DNA of 63,611 bases, filler included, from Hausera hauseri (GCA_046269625.1; 11 parts of 11 records of this genome joined end to end with filler, not necessarily neighbours in it); one strand, 5' to 3'. Numbered from the whole stretch's first letter, positions 47,792 to 62,600 are shown. The notes: generated by a model not told the origin, from the letters alone. Made by a program: numbers and translations.

Positions 47792-48546
47792 TGAATCTGT
47801 GATGCAAAAATCCAACTCGGTGCAGTGTATCCGTGCCACCTGACAAGATGTTTATTCGAACCTTTGGCACGTGAACGTAGAATTTCCTGAATACGATATA
47901 CATCGGGTTTCTCGGACAATACCTGCAGTTCCTGTTAGTAGAATTTACCGCGTATTTTCCCACCGTTTTCATCCTCTAAAACGTACATTACAAATGTTTG
48001 TTTTGTTCTGATTGCCGAAATGCGGAAAACCTCGTCGCTTCAGTTCTCATTGAAATTCTTAATGTATGGCGTCGTACTTATTTTCGAAATATGTATGTAA
48101 GCATCGATTTCATATTTTGAACATTTAATTGCCTGTCGTTGTGTTCGGTTTTGATAAAGCCACATGTCCAGATCATCGATTACGTCAACCGACCGTAATC
48201 CATTGATGCCACGATGTGTCGAATGATTGTATGCATGAATAATATCCAGCAGTACATCTACCCAGCGTTTCTTGCCTTGCTTCGTAAAGAATTTGTTTAG
48301 GCGACAGAGCAATGTTCGATTAAATCGTTCAACGCGTGCAGCCTTGTATTGGGAAAACACCGAGTATTGGTTTACGCCGAACAGTTTCAAGACCGCTGCA
48401 ACGTGGGCGTTGTAGAATTCCTTACCCAAATGCGTTTGTAAATTCATCGGTTGTTGTTTTATAAGTGTCTGGACAGCGTCGAAAATATCTTTACCGGACT
48501 TAGATTTCACGGCAATTGAACGTGCAAAACGACTAAAGACATCAAA
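47792..48546 (-). pseudogene. Polinton rve integrase with chromodomain (5'-truncated by the contig end)
   Basis: DVFSRFARS, KSKSGKD, GKEFYN, KAARVERFNRTL, YNHSTH. Confidence 0.9.
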
Positions 48547-50681
48547 NNNNNNNNNNNNNNNNNNNNNNNNNNNNNNNNNNNNNNNNNNNNTTAATTAATT
48601 AANNNNNNNNNNNNNNNNNNNNNNNNNNNNNNNNNNNNNNNNNNNNCATAATGAATTTAATCTCAGTGCAACAATTAAGGCTATGTGACAAATAATCACT
48701 GGTGGACAAATGAAATTGTATAAGGAACTCGTCCAATTATTCCAGATGAAGTTAACAAAATATTCGCTAATATTCACCATTACTTTTGATAATTTATAAT
48801 AAATTTAATGAATTCTATAACAAATATTTTTGTTACGTCTACAACCGGGAATTATTTTCAATATTTTTAGTTTTGTATAACAGTTCTAATTCCGACAATC
48901 GTCGATGTCAATTTACAACTTCGTTTTACAAGTTTTCCATCGTTATTGAAAAGTGCAAAGTTGATAAAAAATCATTCGTTTTGAGTTCCATGATTTTAGG
49001 GATATAAATTCCATAGTGCAACTGTTTAAGAAGAGTTCACCCTATGCAGATAATTCAACAAACACCGATGCTCTTCAGGTGTTCAAAGTAATAGGTTAGG
49101 CTGCAGTTAAGGTCAGAGAAGGAAGGATTTATCGATGCTCGAAAAACAGTAAACTTCTTCATATGTCAAAAGAATATAAAACGGAATTAAATAAAAAACA
49201 AAAATTTTGGGCACACGATTACAAAGTTCGTAATATTTTTGTCAACAAGTTCGACTTGGAAATACGAAAACGTAAGTGCGATAGCCATTTAAAGGACGAC
49301 AGACAAAGTGATGTTATAAATGCTATCCTTTGTCTCATGAAAGCTGATGCAACAAAAGAATTGAATCCAAAGTCCTTTACAGAAATCATGTCTACCCGGA
49401 TGGACATAGCAAAAAATCCTCTGATTTTAAATTCAGAAATGAGTTCAAAATACACTGAAATCACCCCACTATCCATAAATTTTATGCTAGTTGCAAACAA
49501 GATGGTTTGAAACAATATCATTAGAACAGTGAAGATCAGAAGCAACAGTTCCAATACCGACTCACATGACTATTCACTGTCCTATAAATCCGTGGAGAAT
49601 CAAATTGCTCACAAAAAACATTATTCTACAATCAAAATTCTCTGATGAAATTAGAATTTTAATGAAACCTGAAGCAAGTTCCCATCGACTTAATTTTAAC
49701 TTTTACTTATCGTGTTTGTCGGATATTACACAAAATTGTAAACCAGTTTCTCACAAAAGGGATTACCTTCAAATTAATTTTCAGGATCTCAAGAGAGAGT
49801 ACCGAATAACAACTACTGGAATTTTGACTTTAGATGCTGAAAAAAGTTCCAGTTACCACTTTTGCATGAGTTCGAAAATAAACTGTAAATGAGAAACAGT
49901 TGTATATTCAAAATCCGGTGTCGAAAAAAGCGGAGTCGGAACGGATAAAATTTGCAAAGAAAAGCCGGAAGAGTACTAACGAAATAATTTACGAGGATTC
50001 CAGTAACGAAAAATCTTTGCAAAATTGTTGAAAAGCGCGAAACGATTAAATTTACCAAAAAATTATTGACAAGATGAATTAATTCAGATCCGTGAATCTT
50101 AGAAGATGCGGCTAATTTACAACCGACGAATTTAAACTAACTTTAGAGAATGATTTTGATGGCGAGTTCGTTTTTTTTAAACAATGCAGTCAAGGCTACG
50201 TTACTTGTTCGTTGGTTCGGAAAACACTTCAAAGTACAATTAAGATTGAGAATATTACTCGGTAAAAGTTGTAAAGTCATACCGTCATTGAAGAGCAGTT
50301 GAAAAAACATTGTCACTTTGAATTATAAAAATATACTTAATAAAACGTGTCATTATTCTCATGTAAGTATTATTTCATTTTCTTATATTGTTGGGATATT
50401 CTTTCTTCTCTTTTGTGAATAATAAAAATTTAATTCTAATTTTTATCCATGTGTTACGTCTGTAGAATTGGTATATAAGCATGTTATAGTATGATTACGA
50501 ACACAACATCGTAGAACCATGTATATGTATGATACGTGTAAGTTTTATTATTTCTTGTTTTTATGATAATTCCTTATTTTAAGTATCATATTTTATTAAA
50601 CTTTTACTTCTATAAATCTTTGACTTCTGTATTAATATATTGTATATAGTTAAACAGCTTTAATAGTAAGGTTAATTGGAG

Positions 50682-53600
50682 TGTAACAGGGACCCGTTTT
50701 CTCATCCGATCAGTAAAAACCGAATATCTAAAATTTCTAAAATTAGGGTTTGGGTCACTCTTCCAGTATTTCTCCTGCGACCGAGCTCACCTTGAGGTGA
50801 AATCTTCTATCGAACAGACCCCACAGGCTGCTAAAATGATTAACTAGTATATCTGGCCTAAGGGGGAGGAGAAACCCTAGGCTTTCCTTAGACGAAAAGT
50901 AATAATATAATTTTGGGATCGCAAGATCCGAGCCTTTTTCGGATTTTTAAACTTATCACTGGTGCCCTTAGTTAGGGGGCACACTGGCGTTGTACTCTAC
51001 GCAATAAACGTAAAGCACACGCTAATAACACGATTTCACGTACTGATTCAGCAAGAAGTAGTTCCGGATCAGATGAAAATCCGGAAATAAATTGTCAAGA
51101 AGGAGAACAGAATCCCGAAATGTCCTCAGAATTAGGTACTAGTCTGGGTACTAACTTAAATAATACAATGGTTTTGTCAGTGGATAAATTTGAAAGTAAA
51201 CCGGATCAGGATTACAACAAATTTATACTGCAATACGAAACGTATTCAGAGAGCTTAAGTTGACCATAGAACAAAATGGCACTTAGTGATTTTTTAGAAA
51301 TAAAAAATGACGATGACAAAACTGATTGGGCTAGACTTAGGGACGCCCTGGAAGAAAGACACCTAGTAGACCCATCAGGAAAAGGTCGAATCGGAGAATT
51401 TTACAGGCCACGTCAAAAGAAAGGCGAAACCGTGGAACAGTTTGCATGTACCCTTCAGAAACAGGCTCAGATAACCTATGTAGATGATGATATAAGGGAA
51501 GACGCCCTTCTTGCTCAATTTAGTTATGAAGTCAAGAGCAAGATTTACAATTATATTATCGCCGCTGATCCTGACACGTATAAGGAAGCCGCTAGTAAGG
51601 CTAGGAAAATCGAGGTAAATTACGAGGGATTGGAAAACGTAAAGAAACACCTCAGAAGTGATGACAAGAAGCTGTAAAATTTTCATCAAAAGAAAAGTTA
51701 TTAGAACTTTCAAAAGTCGCCTCAGAAATATCAAAACTCATCAGAACAACAGCAAAAAAGTGTTAATTGGCAGAAACAACCTGAGAAATCTGCGATGAAA
51801 AAGCCACAGATAAATCAAAATGGACAGCTATTATGCATTACATGTCAGAAATATGGACATATGGCCCGTTCATGTTCAAATCATACACAATCAAGTCCGA
51901 AAAAGAAAAATATTTATATAATCGGCAATGTATCCGATACAGATAAAGAACACGAAACTACAGATATGGAACCCGAAGATGTAATAAAAAAATTGCAACA
52001 GAAAATCAGAGTTCAATTAAAACAAAGTAAGGCGAATACAACTGAAGATGAGGATAGGATAGCTGAATTAAAATAGCTATTTCTCGAGCTAAAGGAGCAG
52101 AAAATTTGTGAACGGAGACACAAAATGAGCAGTGAAAGTTCAATTATTTAAACTCAAAATAGAAAAGTCGAGAGAAAAGATTAAACCCTTATACAAGACG
52201 AAGAATTAAAAACGCCCGAATTAAACATATCTTTTGAAAGTGAAACTGAGAAAAGTGGATCGAGTGGAAGAAGTAAAGCAAAAGAAAAGATAAAAAATTT
52301 AAGAAGAAGGAAGGTAAAAGAACGTCGCCAGAGTTTGACAGTTCATATTTAGATTTAGATCAGGACTGCATAGAAATAGTTTGGAAAATATCGAGCTATG
52401 CCAACCAAGTGTTAATTGATGGCACCCAGTTTATACATGACCTTTCGATGTTATTGTAACCCACAATCAACCATCAAGAATGTGCTGATGTATGCTGCTG
52501 GCACAAGTCCATATCAAAATGTTGTACGGTACATAATTTACCGATATGTAAATAGAGTGAGAATGGTTGGAGAAAATCTTGATATAATGGTTACTCTTCA
52601 ACAATATAATCGGGATTTCTGTGTCTTAAGAATGGAATCGTTCAGCACAATAGCCGTATTCAACAAAGAATGAATGAAATAAAACGGCATCAAGGAGAAT
52701 TAGAATTACGGTTGTATAGACAAACGCTGATGGGTTATGAAACCATATATGAAGTAGGCATGCAGGAAAACAGGTACAATCCCGTATGTATTACCTGCAG
52801 ACAGTCCGAACAAGAGATTGTCGATTAAATTGTAATGGATGTCAGAAGAAAAAAATGCGAGAAACTGAACATAAGTATGAAGCCAAACAAATAGAAGCCG
52901 GAATAAATATTCCTATACCCGAACAAATGCAAACAGACAAAAGAGGGCGCTAAAGACCAAAAGGAACGACAAAACTCTATCAACTAAAAGGTAGAAAAGC
53001 TAGAGGTGATGATGATGTTGTTCGGAGATTGCTAACAACGGAAGACGAATATGATAAGGTAATATATCGTTGGAAACGTTGCTACAAACCACGTTAGCAT
53101 GAATTCATAATGCATTCGTTGGGTTTAACACTATTCTGCAAATAACAAACTCACTAATGCAAGTTATAAGGAACGAAATTGAAAAAATTAGTGACAAATT
53201 TGCAGACATTCGTACGGATGGGAGAATAAATGAAATTCAGGAAAGAAATATACTGTCAAGAATGATGGGAACTGGTATATCGTGAGGTAAAATCGTGACA
53301 GCTATGTCTTATCTCCTATACAAAATAATGGTGATGAATGGCGTAAATCCAAATCAAGTAGATGTAGAAAGAAATATAGAGATAGCCACAAGAGTGCTAA
53401 ATAATAATCTTGAAGGATGGGTAAAATGCAGAGGTGAATGGATTACTAGTTTGATACAAGCAACATTATACGAATCGGTGACAGTTATACAACGACAAAC
53501 AGAACATCCGCTACCTCAAAAAGCAGCGAGACAACGAAATCAACAACCAGATTTTGATTTATCATGGGTAACTAAAGTTATAAGTTATGTTATTAGTAGG

Positions 53601-53850
53601 GTTCTATAGGAGCAACATACAAAATTATTAAACTATACATATATGCCTTTTAGAGGACAATAATGTTGCTGGATTCGAACGTTCTAATATCTCGATCTTA
53701 CTATGATGTTCATCAGAGAGCCTTGGTTGGGCAGATATTTCGACACTAATGTCTACTCATCTTTTTGAACCTTGCACACACAATATGTTGTACTCTAGAT
53801 ATATGTAGGTACCCAACTACCAATAGAAAGGTGATCTCACAAATGACGGC
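50682..53850 (+). mobile_element. 5' part of an LTR retrotransposon: putative LTR/leader and gag with CCHC knuckle; no pol visible
   Basis: RQKKGETVEQFACTLQ..LLAQF capsid motif; CITCQKYGHMARSC zinc knuckle (~51835-51876); TGTAAC at 50682. Boundaries uncertain. Confidence 0.72.
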
Positions 53851-53950
53851 NNNNNNNNNNNNNNNNNNNNNNNNNNNNNNNNNNNNNNNNNNNNTTAATT
53901 AATTAANNNNNNNNNNNNNNNNNNNNNNNNNNNNNNNNNNNNNNNNNNNN

Positions 53951-55652
53951 GTGGGCTATCCCCAAGTGCTTTACTAGAGATTTAAAAAGATCAGCTTCAA
54001 ATTGCGGACCCTGGTCCGTTATGATGTGACGTGGTGAACCAAAACGGCTGACCCATATTTTGATGAATGCATCTGCTACTGAGTCAGTGTTGGTTGATCA
54101 AAGCGGAACGGCTTCAGACCCGTGGGAATCATGATCCATCATGGATAACATGTATTGATAGCCGTTGTCGGATGGCAAAGGACAGACAAGATCCAAATGC
54201 ATAATGTCAAAACGGGACGTACAAGGGAAGTGATAAAATGGTAGTTTTAGGTGTTTGTGGACCTTGTATTGCTGGCATACTGCACATCCCTTGATCCAGA
54301 TCTGTACATCTGTACGCATAGTTGGCCATACAACATGGCGTTGCAGTAGGCGAAATGTAGCTTTTGAACCCGGATGATGAAAAGAGTAAAAGTGGTTGAA
54401 AGCTGTCTTTTGTAGTGATGGAGCAAGAATTATCTTCTTGTTGGTCGAGTTGGAAGTGTCATAAGCGATGCCTTCGATGATTTCAACAGATTTAAAAGCT
54501 TCGAGAATGTCAGATGATGGCTGATTGCTTCTCAGGACCTCAGAGGAGAAAAGTGGTTGAACTGTAATTGAGTTAACCGACAGCGAAAGAAAATCCGCTA
54601 CGAAATTTTCGGTGCCTGAAATATATTTCTTGGAAAAACTAAACGTCGACAGGTATGATATCTGTAGTTCTTGTCTGGATGATGGCTGTTTCAAAGTCTT
54701 TATATGAAGTAGAGGCTTGTGGTCGGTTTGGATGGTAAATTAACGTGAAAGAAGCAGGTGCTTGAAATGCTTTACAGCTAGAACTACAGCCAAGAGTTCA
54801 CGGTCGAATATAGAGTATCGGCTTTCCGGTTGCGTGAGCTTTCGAAAATAGAACTCTAATGGTTCATCGACGCCATTGCATATTTGGTGTAATATCGCAC
54901 CAGTTGCTGTGGTTGAGGCATCGGTAGTTAATATTAGTTCAGCGTTTGGCTTTGGAAAAGCCAAGATTTTCACATTTTTCATACCTTCACGAAGGCGATC
55001 AAATTGGTTTACTAAATCGGGAGTCCAATGGATTAATTATCTTTTCTTCCCAAATGAGAGGTGTTCGAACGGTGCCGTTAGTTCAGAGCAGTGTGGCACG
55101 TATTTGTGTACAAAATGCAATGTACCTAGAAAACTCCGCATATCGGTAGTTGTAGTTGGCAACGTTGCATTTTTTAATTGTTGTAAACGATCAGGCTGGG
55201 ACGAATGCCTTTCAGGAGTAATTATGTGGCCTAGGAAGTTTACGCGTTTCTGCAAGAAATTGCATTTGTCGAAATTAATTTGCAGGTTACTTTGATGCAA
55301 TCGATGGAAAATAATTTTAAGGTGCTCATGATGTTGTTTTATGGAGCTGAAAGCGACTAATATGTCATCTACGTATGGGTGAGCTAAATCAAGTACAGAA
55401 AGAACGGTGTCAATGTGGCGCTGAAAGGTCTCAGATGCACTACGTAGGCCGAAATGCATGAAGATGTATTTGTAAAGACCAAACAGTGTTATGACAGCTG
55501 TTTTTGGAATGTCATCAGGCGCAACAGGGTTTTGATGGTAGGCCTTGTGCAGATCAATAGTAGAATAAGTGTTGGTGTTACTGAGGCTATGAAGAATATC
55601 CTTAATGAGTGGTAGTGGATAGGCATCTGTAATAGTTAGAATGTTTAATTGT
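53951..55652 (-). mobile_element. pol: Gypsy pol (RT-RH-IN), same family as 14563-17700
   Basis: FGLRSASETFQRHID..YVDDIL, LTTDASTTATGAILHQ, HHPGSKAT..CAVCQ, RFGSPRHIITDQGPQFE. Close by-eye similarity to the copy at 14563-17700. Confidence 0.92.
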
Positions 55653-55654
55653 AA

Positions 55655-56645
55655 TGATTCTTGGCGAGATTGGATAGTCTATTGACATGTCCAAACGCAG
55701 CAACGTACTAAATGCCATCATGAACATATTCAGTGTTGGTCATAATACCCTTAAATGTGCTGCAGCATATAGTCTTGGTAAAATGGCTCTGTGTCGGATA
55801 CTTCCTAATTCACTCATTATGGGAAGTTATTTTGGCCCTTGTTGATCGTGATAGTCTTGTCGGATTGGGCATTTCCAACCATTTTGGCACCATTTGGAAT
55901 CTGCTCATAAAGAACAGTAATTCTGCCGAAGAGGGAATTAGGAACATCGTATCAGAGTGTATCGGTAAATTAGCTCTAATGGACGCTGGTTCCATTTTAC
56001 GAAATTGCGGAAAATAGTCGCCAGTGGTGACAACGTATCTTGCAACCGACCACTTCGTCGAGAGACTATAATTACCGCCATCAAGTACACCGTTGTGGCA
56101 GATGCATATCCTATCGACAGTTACCTGACCCGACACATGACCGAATTTCTCGCCTCTCTCAAGGATCCAGACTTCAGCATTCAACGAGCTGGCTTAATCG
56201 CTCTCAACACCGTCATCCACAATAAGCCTCATATCATTCGTGACTCACTTGATCCGTCATCCAATTTGAGGAATGATAGTTTGTTAACGTGGCTTCATGT
56301 GGCAACTAAGGTTTGACCTGAGCTCATTAAAGAACTGGAAATGAGACCTTTCAAGCATCTGGAAGATGATGGACTGGGTCTACGCAAATGTGCATTCGAG
56401 TGTATCTCCAGTTTGCTGGACAATTGCATGGACCGCATTAACATCTCTCTGTTCCTCGACCGTATTGAAGAGTGTCTACGTGACAACGGGAAAATCAAGT
56501 GACTCTGCTACCCAATGCTCACTAAAATAGCAAAACATTGTTTCGACAAATTCAACAATCTAATCCCTGCCATGCGCACTCTCCTAACCTCGAAACCTAA
56601 GCAGGACGCAATGAAGCAAGAACAGGATAAACTGGCGCACGACGG
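55655..56645 (+). pseudogene. CAND1: CAND1 C-terminal fragment, intronless, frameshifted
   Basis: AEEGIRNIVSECIGKLAL, RETIITAIKYT, LKDPD..HNKPHIIRD, LIKELEMRPFKHLEDDGLGLRKCAFEC, SKPKQDAMKQEQDK. Confidence 0.9.
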
Positions 56646-59600
56646 GGTAATATTGGTAATTATGCACTTTTTTCCCGACAAATATTTTTTAACACTTTTT
56701 ATTAATAATATCTGTTCCCCATTTTTCCAATATATTTCTGTGAATATTATTGTTGGCATAACACCACTTCTCTTAGGTGTTGGATGTGGAGAAATATCCA
56801 AAGCGCAAGACTTATGGCGTAGCGTTATTTATTTCATAATAAAACTCCTATTCATGCCCATTTCAAATAGTAATTTAACGACATTCTATTCAGCGCAAAT
56901 TGCTTTTATTCAATATTTAGCAGGTTTGCTCTCAATAGGTTGTATGGCTCTTTTGGAATTCGTAAATAATGTACTTGAATGAAAATGGCTACATAAATTA
57001 CTATTGCAGACAATCATGTTGTTGCCTTTGTTGATTGCATATGAGACTTCATATAGGACCACTTACACTGTCATAACGATGTTCTTTAGAACGTTTTTGG
57101 ACAAGGTTCTTAATTTCGGTCGTTACTATTATATTTATATGGCGATTTTGATCGATTCTCACACAGATCCCATCATTATTTACACCAGTATAAAAGGAGT
57201 TGTTGTTGACCAAAATTTATTTATTTGCATTTTCTATTAGCTGCTTCATTTTTATTGAACTTGTAACCGATCTATTTTGGCAATGTCACATTTTCACTTT
57301 GTTTTTAATGATTGCATTCGATTCCTGTCATCTGGAAATTTTAAAATACCTCTGGTACCTAACGCAGTCGTTTGTTGGCGATACATGTTACTACTATTTC
57401 GGCATGACTTCTGATGTCCCCGGAATTCTAAATCGTTTCAGCAAAACATTTTTTCTTTTCTCTACTACTCAACATAAATTTCTATTCTTTTCCACAGCAG
57501 TTTTACATTAGCCACTGCCCGCGACATAGTCCTTCGAGATATCTTGATACTGTCGATATAGTCACTGGATCTCCATCGAAATTTAAATTGGCTTCATTGG
57601 AAAAAAATGGTAAATTACGCTATTACGTTCTGAGGAATTCGACACTCGTAGGGATTCGTGAACTCGATGATGGCCACAGAAATTAATGAAATGATCCAGT
57701 CATTTAATACTCTTGAGTTACAAGCTAACCACAGCATGGCCGACTACCCAACCGTCTGTCTTAAGTCAGTGAGTCCCACGTTAAGGAGTGTGATATCACC
57801 GCATCAACCACTTGGGCTTACACCGACCCTTTCCTTTTTATTCTTTCTCAAGAATCATCATTTACTAACACACATAATAACACATCGTAGANNNNNNNNN
57901 NNNNNNNNNNNNNNNNNNNNNNNNNNNNNNNNNNNTTAATTAATTAANNNNNNNNNNNNNNNNNNNNNNNNNNNNNNNNNNNNNNNNNNNNTGGGTAATG
58001 TTTGCTCTCTTTTTCCGAAAATATCATACATCCTCCCATTGTAGTGTGCCGTATGGCTTAAACGTTTATGACCCGCTTTACATGTTCACATGGCACTGCA
58101 AAAATGGCGTTGTATGTTGCCATATGTTCATTCCTTAGAACGTCAAGATAGCTGAAAGGAATGCAGCACTGCTCAATACCATTTCTGATGACTGCATCCC
58201 ATCGTTCCTTCCGGTTTAGTCGTCCAGCTCTTTTCCTCACTTCTTCCCACTTCTGAGTGTTTACGTTGATCTGTGCATGGATCAATGCAGTGTTGTGATG
58301 GGTGCAAAAGATACTTACGTAACAACTAGTTCTCTTAAAGAGCAGCCATGTTGCTCATGCTGTAGAATGTTAAGAAGTATATTTCTCCCTTCTTGTATTT
58401 TAAGTCGTCGGGATTGTTTGAAGATGTCATTGCTGGTAAGATGAGTTGCCATTTCGTCTCATTGGTTGAAGTGCTGAGGCTGACGCGCTTCGGTGCTCTC
58501 GCTGTCGGATGTAGATAGACCTTCAATGCTACTCCGGAAAAGTCAGTTAACGCCCCATCATCTGAACAACATATCGGTTTATGTGATGTTGGCCATCCTT
58601 CAGCAAGTTCATCGATAGGCGCATCCGCTATCATGGTGAATGCTATCGGTGATATGCTGCCTCATGGTTTGAAAGCTTCCGCACATCGTGTTCCAACATA
58701 AACGCTAACTCCAACAATGTTCACAACGCCATCAATCTGTGTTCTGGCTGTTGCAAATAGTAGTTTGTTGCAGGAGACTTCTACAATAGAGTCATTCGGA
58801 ATAGGATCACAATCCTAATCAAGCTCCAAATACAATATGAACAGCCTTCGGTAAATCCTTTGAGTATGCCTAACAAGCATTTAAATACCCCTGATTGCAT
58901 GTAGCGTTTTCTGGTGAGACTTTAATCCATATAAATAAGGGCTTAATTCACAACTGTGTATTCGTTTGGTGAGGTGCACTGCTATTATGTGGTAGGCAGT
59001 AGATGGTGCTATCACGCTGCAGTGTTCCGTCAGAAGCATTAATTCTACCTTTTTTCCTCCTCAAATTCTTAATACTTTCATATCTCTCGCTGCAATAGAT
59101 ACTTTACCTTTCCCCAATACTCTTTTACCTGCTGATGAAAATCATCACACAATTCGTGTAATACTGAATGGTTCTCTGATTTTCCGGTTAGATGAATTTC
59201 AGCGTGTCTTTCACAGTCTGAACCACTATTCGACCTATTCCAGCAGTGAAGTGGGATGATATCTTTATTTAGACCAGAGCTGTTTCAGTATTTGTTGGCG
59301 CTTCATCATCTAATGTCCGAATAGTGTTGCCGGGGAGCATGTGTCCGATGCGTGCCTCCTCAAGTATAATAATCTCAATGTCGCTCGGATCCTGGACTTG
59401 GACTACCATATCGTCTCCTAGTTCGTTTCACATGGTTCTCCCATATTATTTGTTTTCTTTGTAGAGCAGCTATTGATGTTTCTGCGCACCATTGTCTAAT
59501 CAAATGCAGTCAGTCAATACGTCTTGAGTCGGCTGCACAGGCTGACATGATGTTATCCAGTCGATTTACCACACATGGCTCTATACTCATGATCAGGTAA

Positions 59601-62600
59601 TGTATCCTTACAAGCGTAATACAGGCAGTCATCGCGACCGTTAGTGCTTCTATTCGTGGCACTGATAGGAGCATGCCATGCCAAGATTGATTCGGCTTCA
59701 CCCCCAGATGCGGGCAGAATATTGATTGAGTGCATGGTCCGTTTCCTCTTGCTGAAGTGTTCTGTTGTATAAGTTTAATTAGTGCAGGCGATTAATGAGG
59801 TTGCAGAAGGAAGATGTTCCATTAATGGGGTCAAAAGTATTCATTTCGCTGACAATTTCAGAACTATCTACAGGGCAATGGTTATCAGTCACATTGTCTT
59901 GAAGACTCAACTGTCCTACAGAATCGTCTGAGTCATGGAAGGATTGCGGCGTCCCGAGGCCCGTGGAAAAACAAGGCTCTTTACAAGAATTAAGAGCAGA
60001 ACACGTTGTGAAACCACGTAAACAATGAGCTGTTTGTAGGGAATCAAAAGTATGAAATATTAGGGAAGTGTTTGAAGAACCAAATCGTCCAATCTCGTTT
60101 TGATTCTGTGATGTGTTGGTCTCGTCGATATAATCAAAACTCGGTCGCTTGAGTTGACTCTGTGGGTAATTCGATTGTTAAAACTATGCGCGGTCGTCAC
60201 GGAAGTGTTGTTGTTTGGGCTATATAAAATGAAAAGGCTACGAGGTCTCGACCTAACGTGGTTACACTTAATGATATGTCGGTTATGAATATCGATAAAA
60301 CAATACGACTGATCTCGAGTTACGTATAGAAAAAAATAACAAAAAGAAACAATAAGAACTGCATCGCCTTAGGTCAGATAATTCAGTTCAATGCTCGTAG
60401 AGCGTCTTATGGCCGGTATCGAAAACACCCGGCATCCGCACATAAGCCTACGACCGGCTTAGTGGTAGCATTTGCTACTATCTTTGTGCATGTCTATACA
60501 CCCTCTCTCTGAGATGCAGCCATTCGCCTTCGCAGCCAAAACATGTTCACCGGTTCTTATCTAGCTAGGGATCCTGATAAGATGTTATATGATGCTTCAT
60601 TCTTCCCGCTTCAGCAATTCTAAAAAATGGTCTCATAGTTGTTCAAGCGCTTCTTTCACAGAAGGATACCGCTGGGATCATAATTTGCACAGCAACTCTA
60701 GTGACTTAAATTCCTGATGTATTGCCCCTGAAAAGATGGTTAGCCGCTCTCGTCGCTAGACATTCAAGCTATCGTTTTCTGTCTGCTGCAACTGACACTT
60801 GTGACGATCTCTTCGAAAGCTTGTATGTACTAGGATGGGAATGTTTATATCGACAGTTTATTCTCTGAGTCTCAATGGGTTGTTAGAGCCATCCTGAGAT
60901 GTGATGCAATAATATCGGCATTTGATCGTTTGTTTCTGGCTGACGGTCTAGTCCTTGTTTTCGATGTATAACCCATGTTTTGTCCATGTATGGCTTCGGA
61001 TTGATCACATGTGAAATCGATTGTTGCATGGACAGATCAGTTGAACCAGTCCTATGTCCCCATGTTTGGCGCGCATTTGAAACGTACTAATAATGAGCCA
61101 ATTGTCAGTGGGCACATAAAGGGTCCGACACCGGATGAATGGACCATGTTGGAGTGTTTTTGGAGTTGTGAGCAAATGATCGATACTTGTGCATCATTTC
61201 GTTTCGGTTCATGAGCATACATTCTTGTCGCCTCTTCGTCTGCAGTGTATCAGGCCGACTGCAAGACAACGTTCACACATCCTGATTTCAAGAATCTAAC
61301 GACGTTTCCCCGGTTATTGTACATGGCAGTTCTCTCATAGTGCAGTGTCTGCATTCGACTCCCTTACAACAGTAATCTTTGCCGATTCAAGCATATATTA
61401 CGCTAGTTCAATCAATGTGTTTGTCTAAGTCGTGCATTAAACACATGACGGCAAGCATGCTTCATAAAGATGCAGATGTTCGCTGTGGCGCCTTAGTCCG
61501 CGAGTGACCATTATTGTAAAATTGGTTTGTATTTCACACACGCCCCAGCCTCCGCGCCCCTTTGTGTTCGTTGAGATCAGTTACAGTCAGTGTGCATACT
61601 CCTGAACTTTGGCTATTCATGTTCATTGACAAACCATCCGCTTCACGGATTCAGGAGGTTATTTACTGTTTTTTTATCTGGCTATTTATGTCGGCTTCAA
61701 CAAGTAAGAGAATGTTATCTACAATATGCGGCGTTTCAACCGTTGGTGCTGCGTGTTTTTCAGGTTTTCACAAACCGCATGGATTACAGCGCTCTATCCA
61801 AAACTTGCCGTGCGGTAAAGCGAGGCACAGAAATTCCATAGTCGTCTTCCTCAGAACGCTTGCTGTTACAAAAGAGTCGTCAACAAAACAATGCAATTAA
61901 TCCCCTTAAACCCCTATCAGCGGCGCGCTGTCTCGTCCCGACAAAACAAAGGGCGTCGGCAGAGTTGCAAGCACGCTACCATGTTCCGCTGCCGGGTAGT
62001 TCCTGGCACAGGACCGATTCCTCCTATGCATGCAATGAAATGCCTTCGACAAATTTCAAACACCACTTTGAAATGGCCTGTCGGGAAAGCCAACGAAATA
62101 AATAATTGTCGTTATCGACGGATGATTCTTTTCTGGGTTAATGTTGCGCATACTGCCTCTTCGCCAGTTAAGGATTGGTCATCCCGCGTGCGGCATACTA
62201 CCGTATACCCTCTTTGATCCTGGCAGCACTCTCGCGATCCAATTGTGGTGATTCCAATGCGAAAGAAAACAAATCCTGACCATACAACGTTCGCTTGCGG
62301 CTGGGATGTTAGCTCGATGTCGTCGTAACCGTTGGCGACGCAAAATGCAGACTCTGCTGACAGATAGGATCATGAAATGCTCGTTTGTCAGTGTTGGTAA
62401 AAATATGAAGCTCACATGTAAAAATATTTGTGGAATATCTTGTAGAAATAATGAGTCACATATGATGGCAGCGGGTAGAAACCCGCCAGAAAAGCTCAGC
62501 GGAAAGCCATAGTATAGAGTGGAGCCGATTGAGCAATCACTGTAGTAATGTTTGTTTCCCACATTAATTGTTAACATATTAGAGTCTTTCAAAGCATTAC

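Larger units (their letters stand above)
44130..48546 (-). mobile_element. Polinton/Maverick copy 2, decayed (structural module)
   Basis: Integrase, penton 1, penton 2, Gly-rich amphipathic protein, major capsid, cysteine protease. 46500-48470 is clearly homologous to 37851-39960. Confidence 0.93.

Noticed and set aside
48647-50300. Possible decayed DNA transposase (SDNRRCQF-like motif)
   Set aside because: Insufficient motif support to assign a family.
13295-56645. A 'ubiquitin system cluster' (Ubl, RING, CAND1)
   Set aside because: The genes are on different unlinked contigs, so co-occurrence is an artefact of concatenation.
56650-57500. Hydrophobic plus-strand ORFs as a membrane protein; minus-strand SKPAKY as a piggyBac remnant
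   Set aside because: The hydrophobicity reflects T-rich antisense sequence, and a single motif is too weak.
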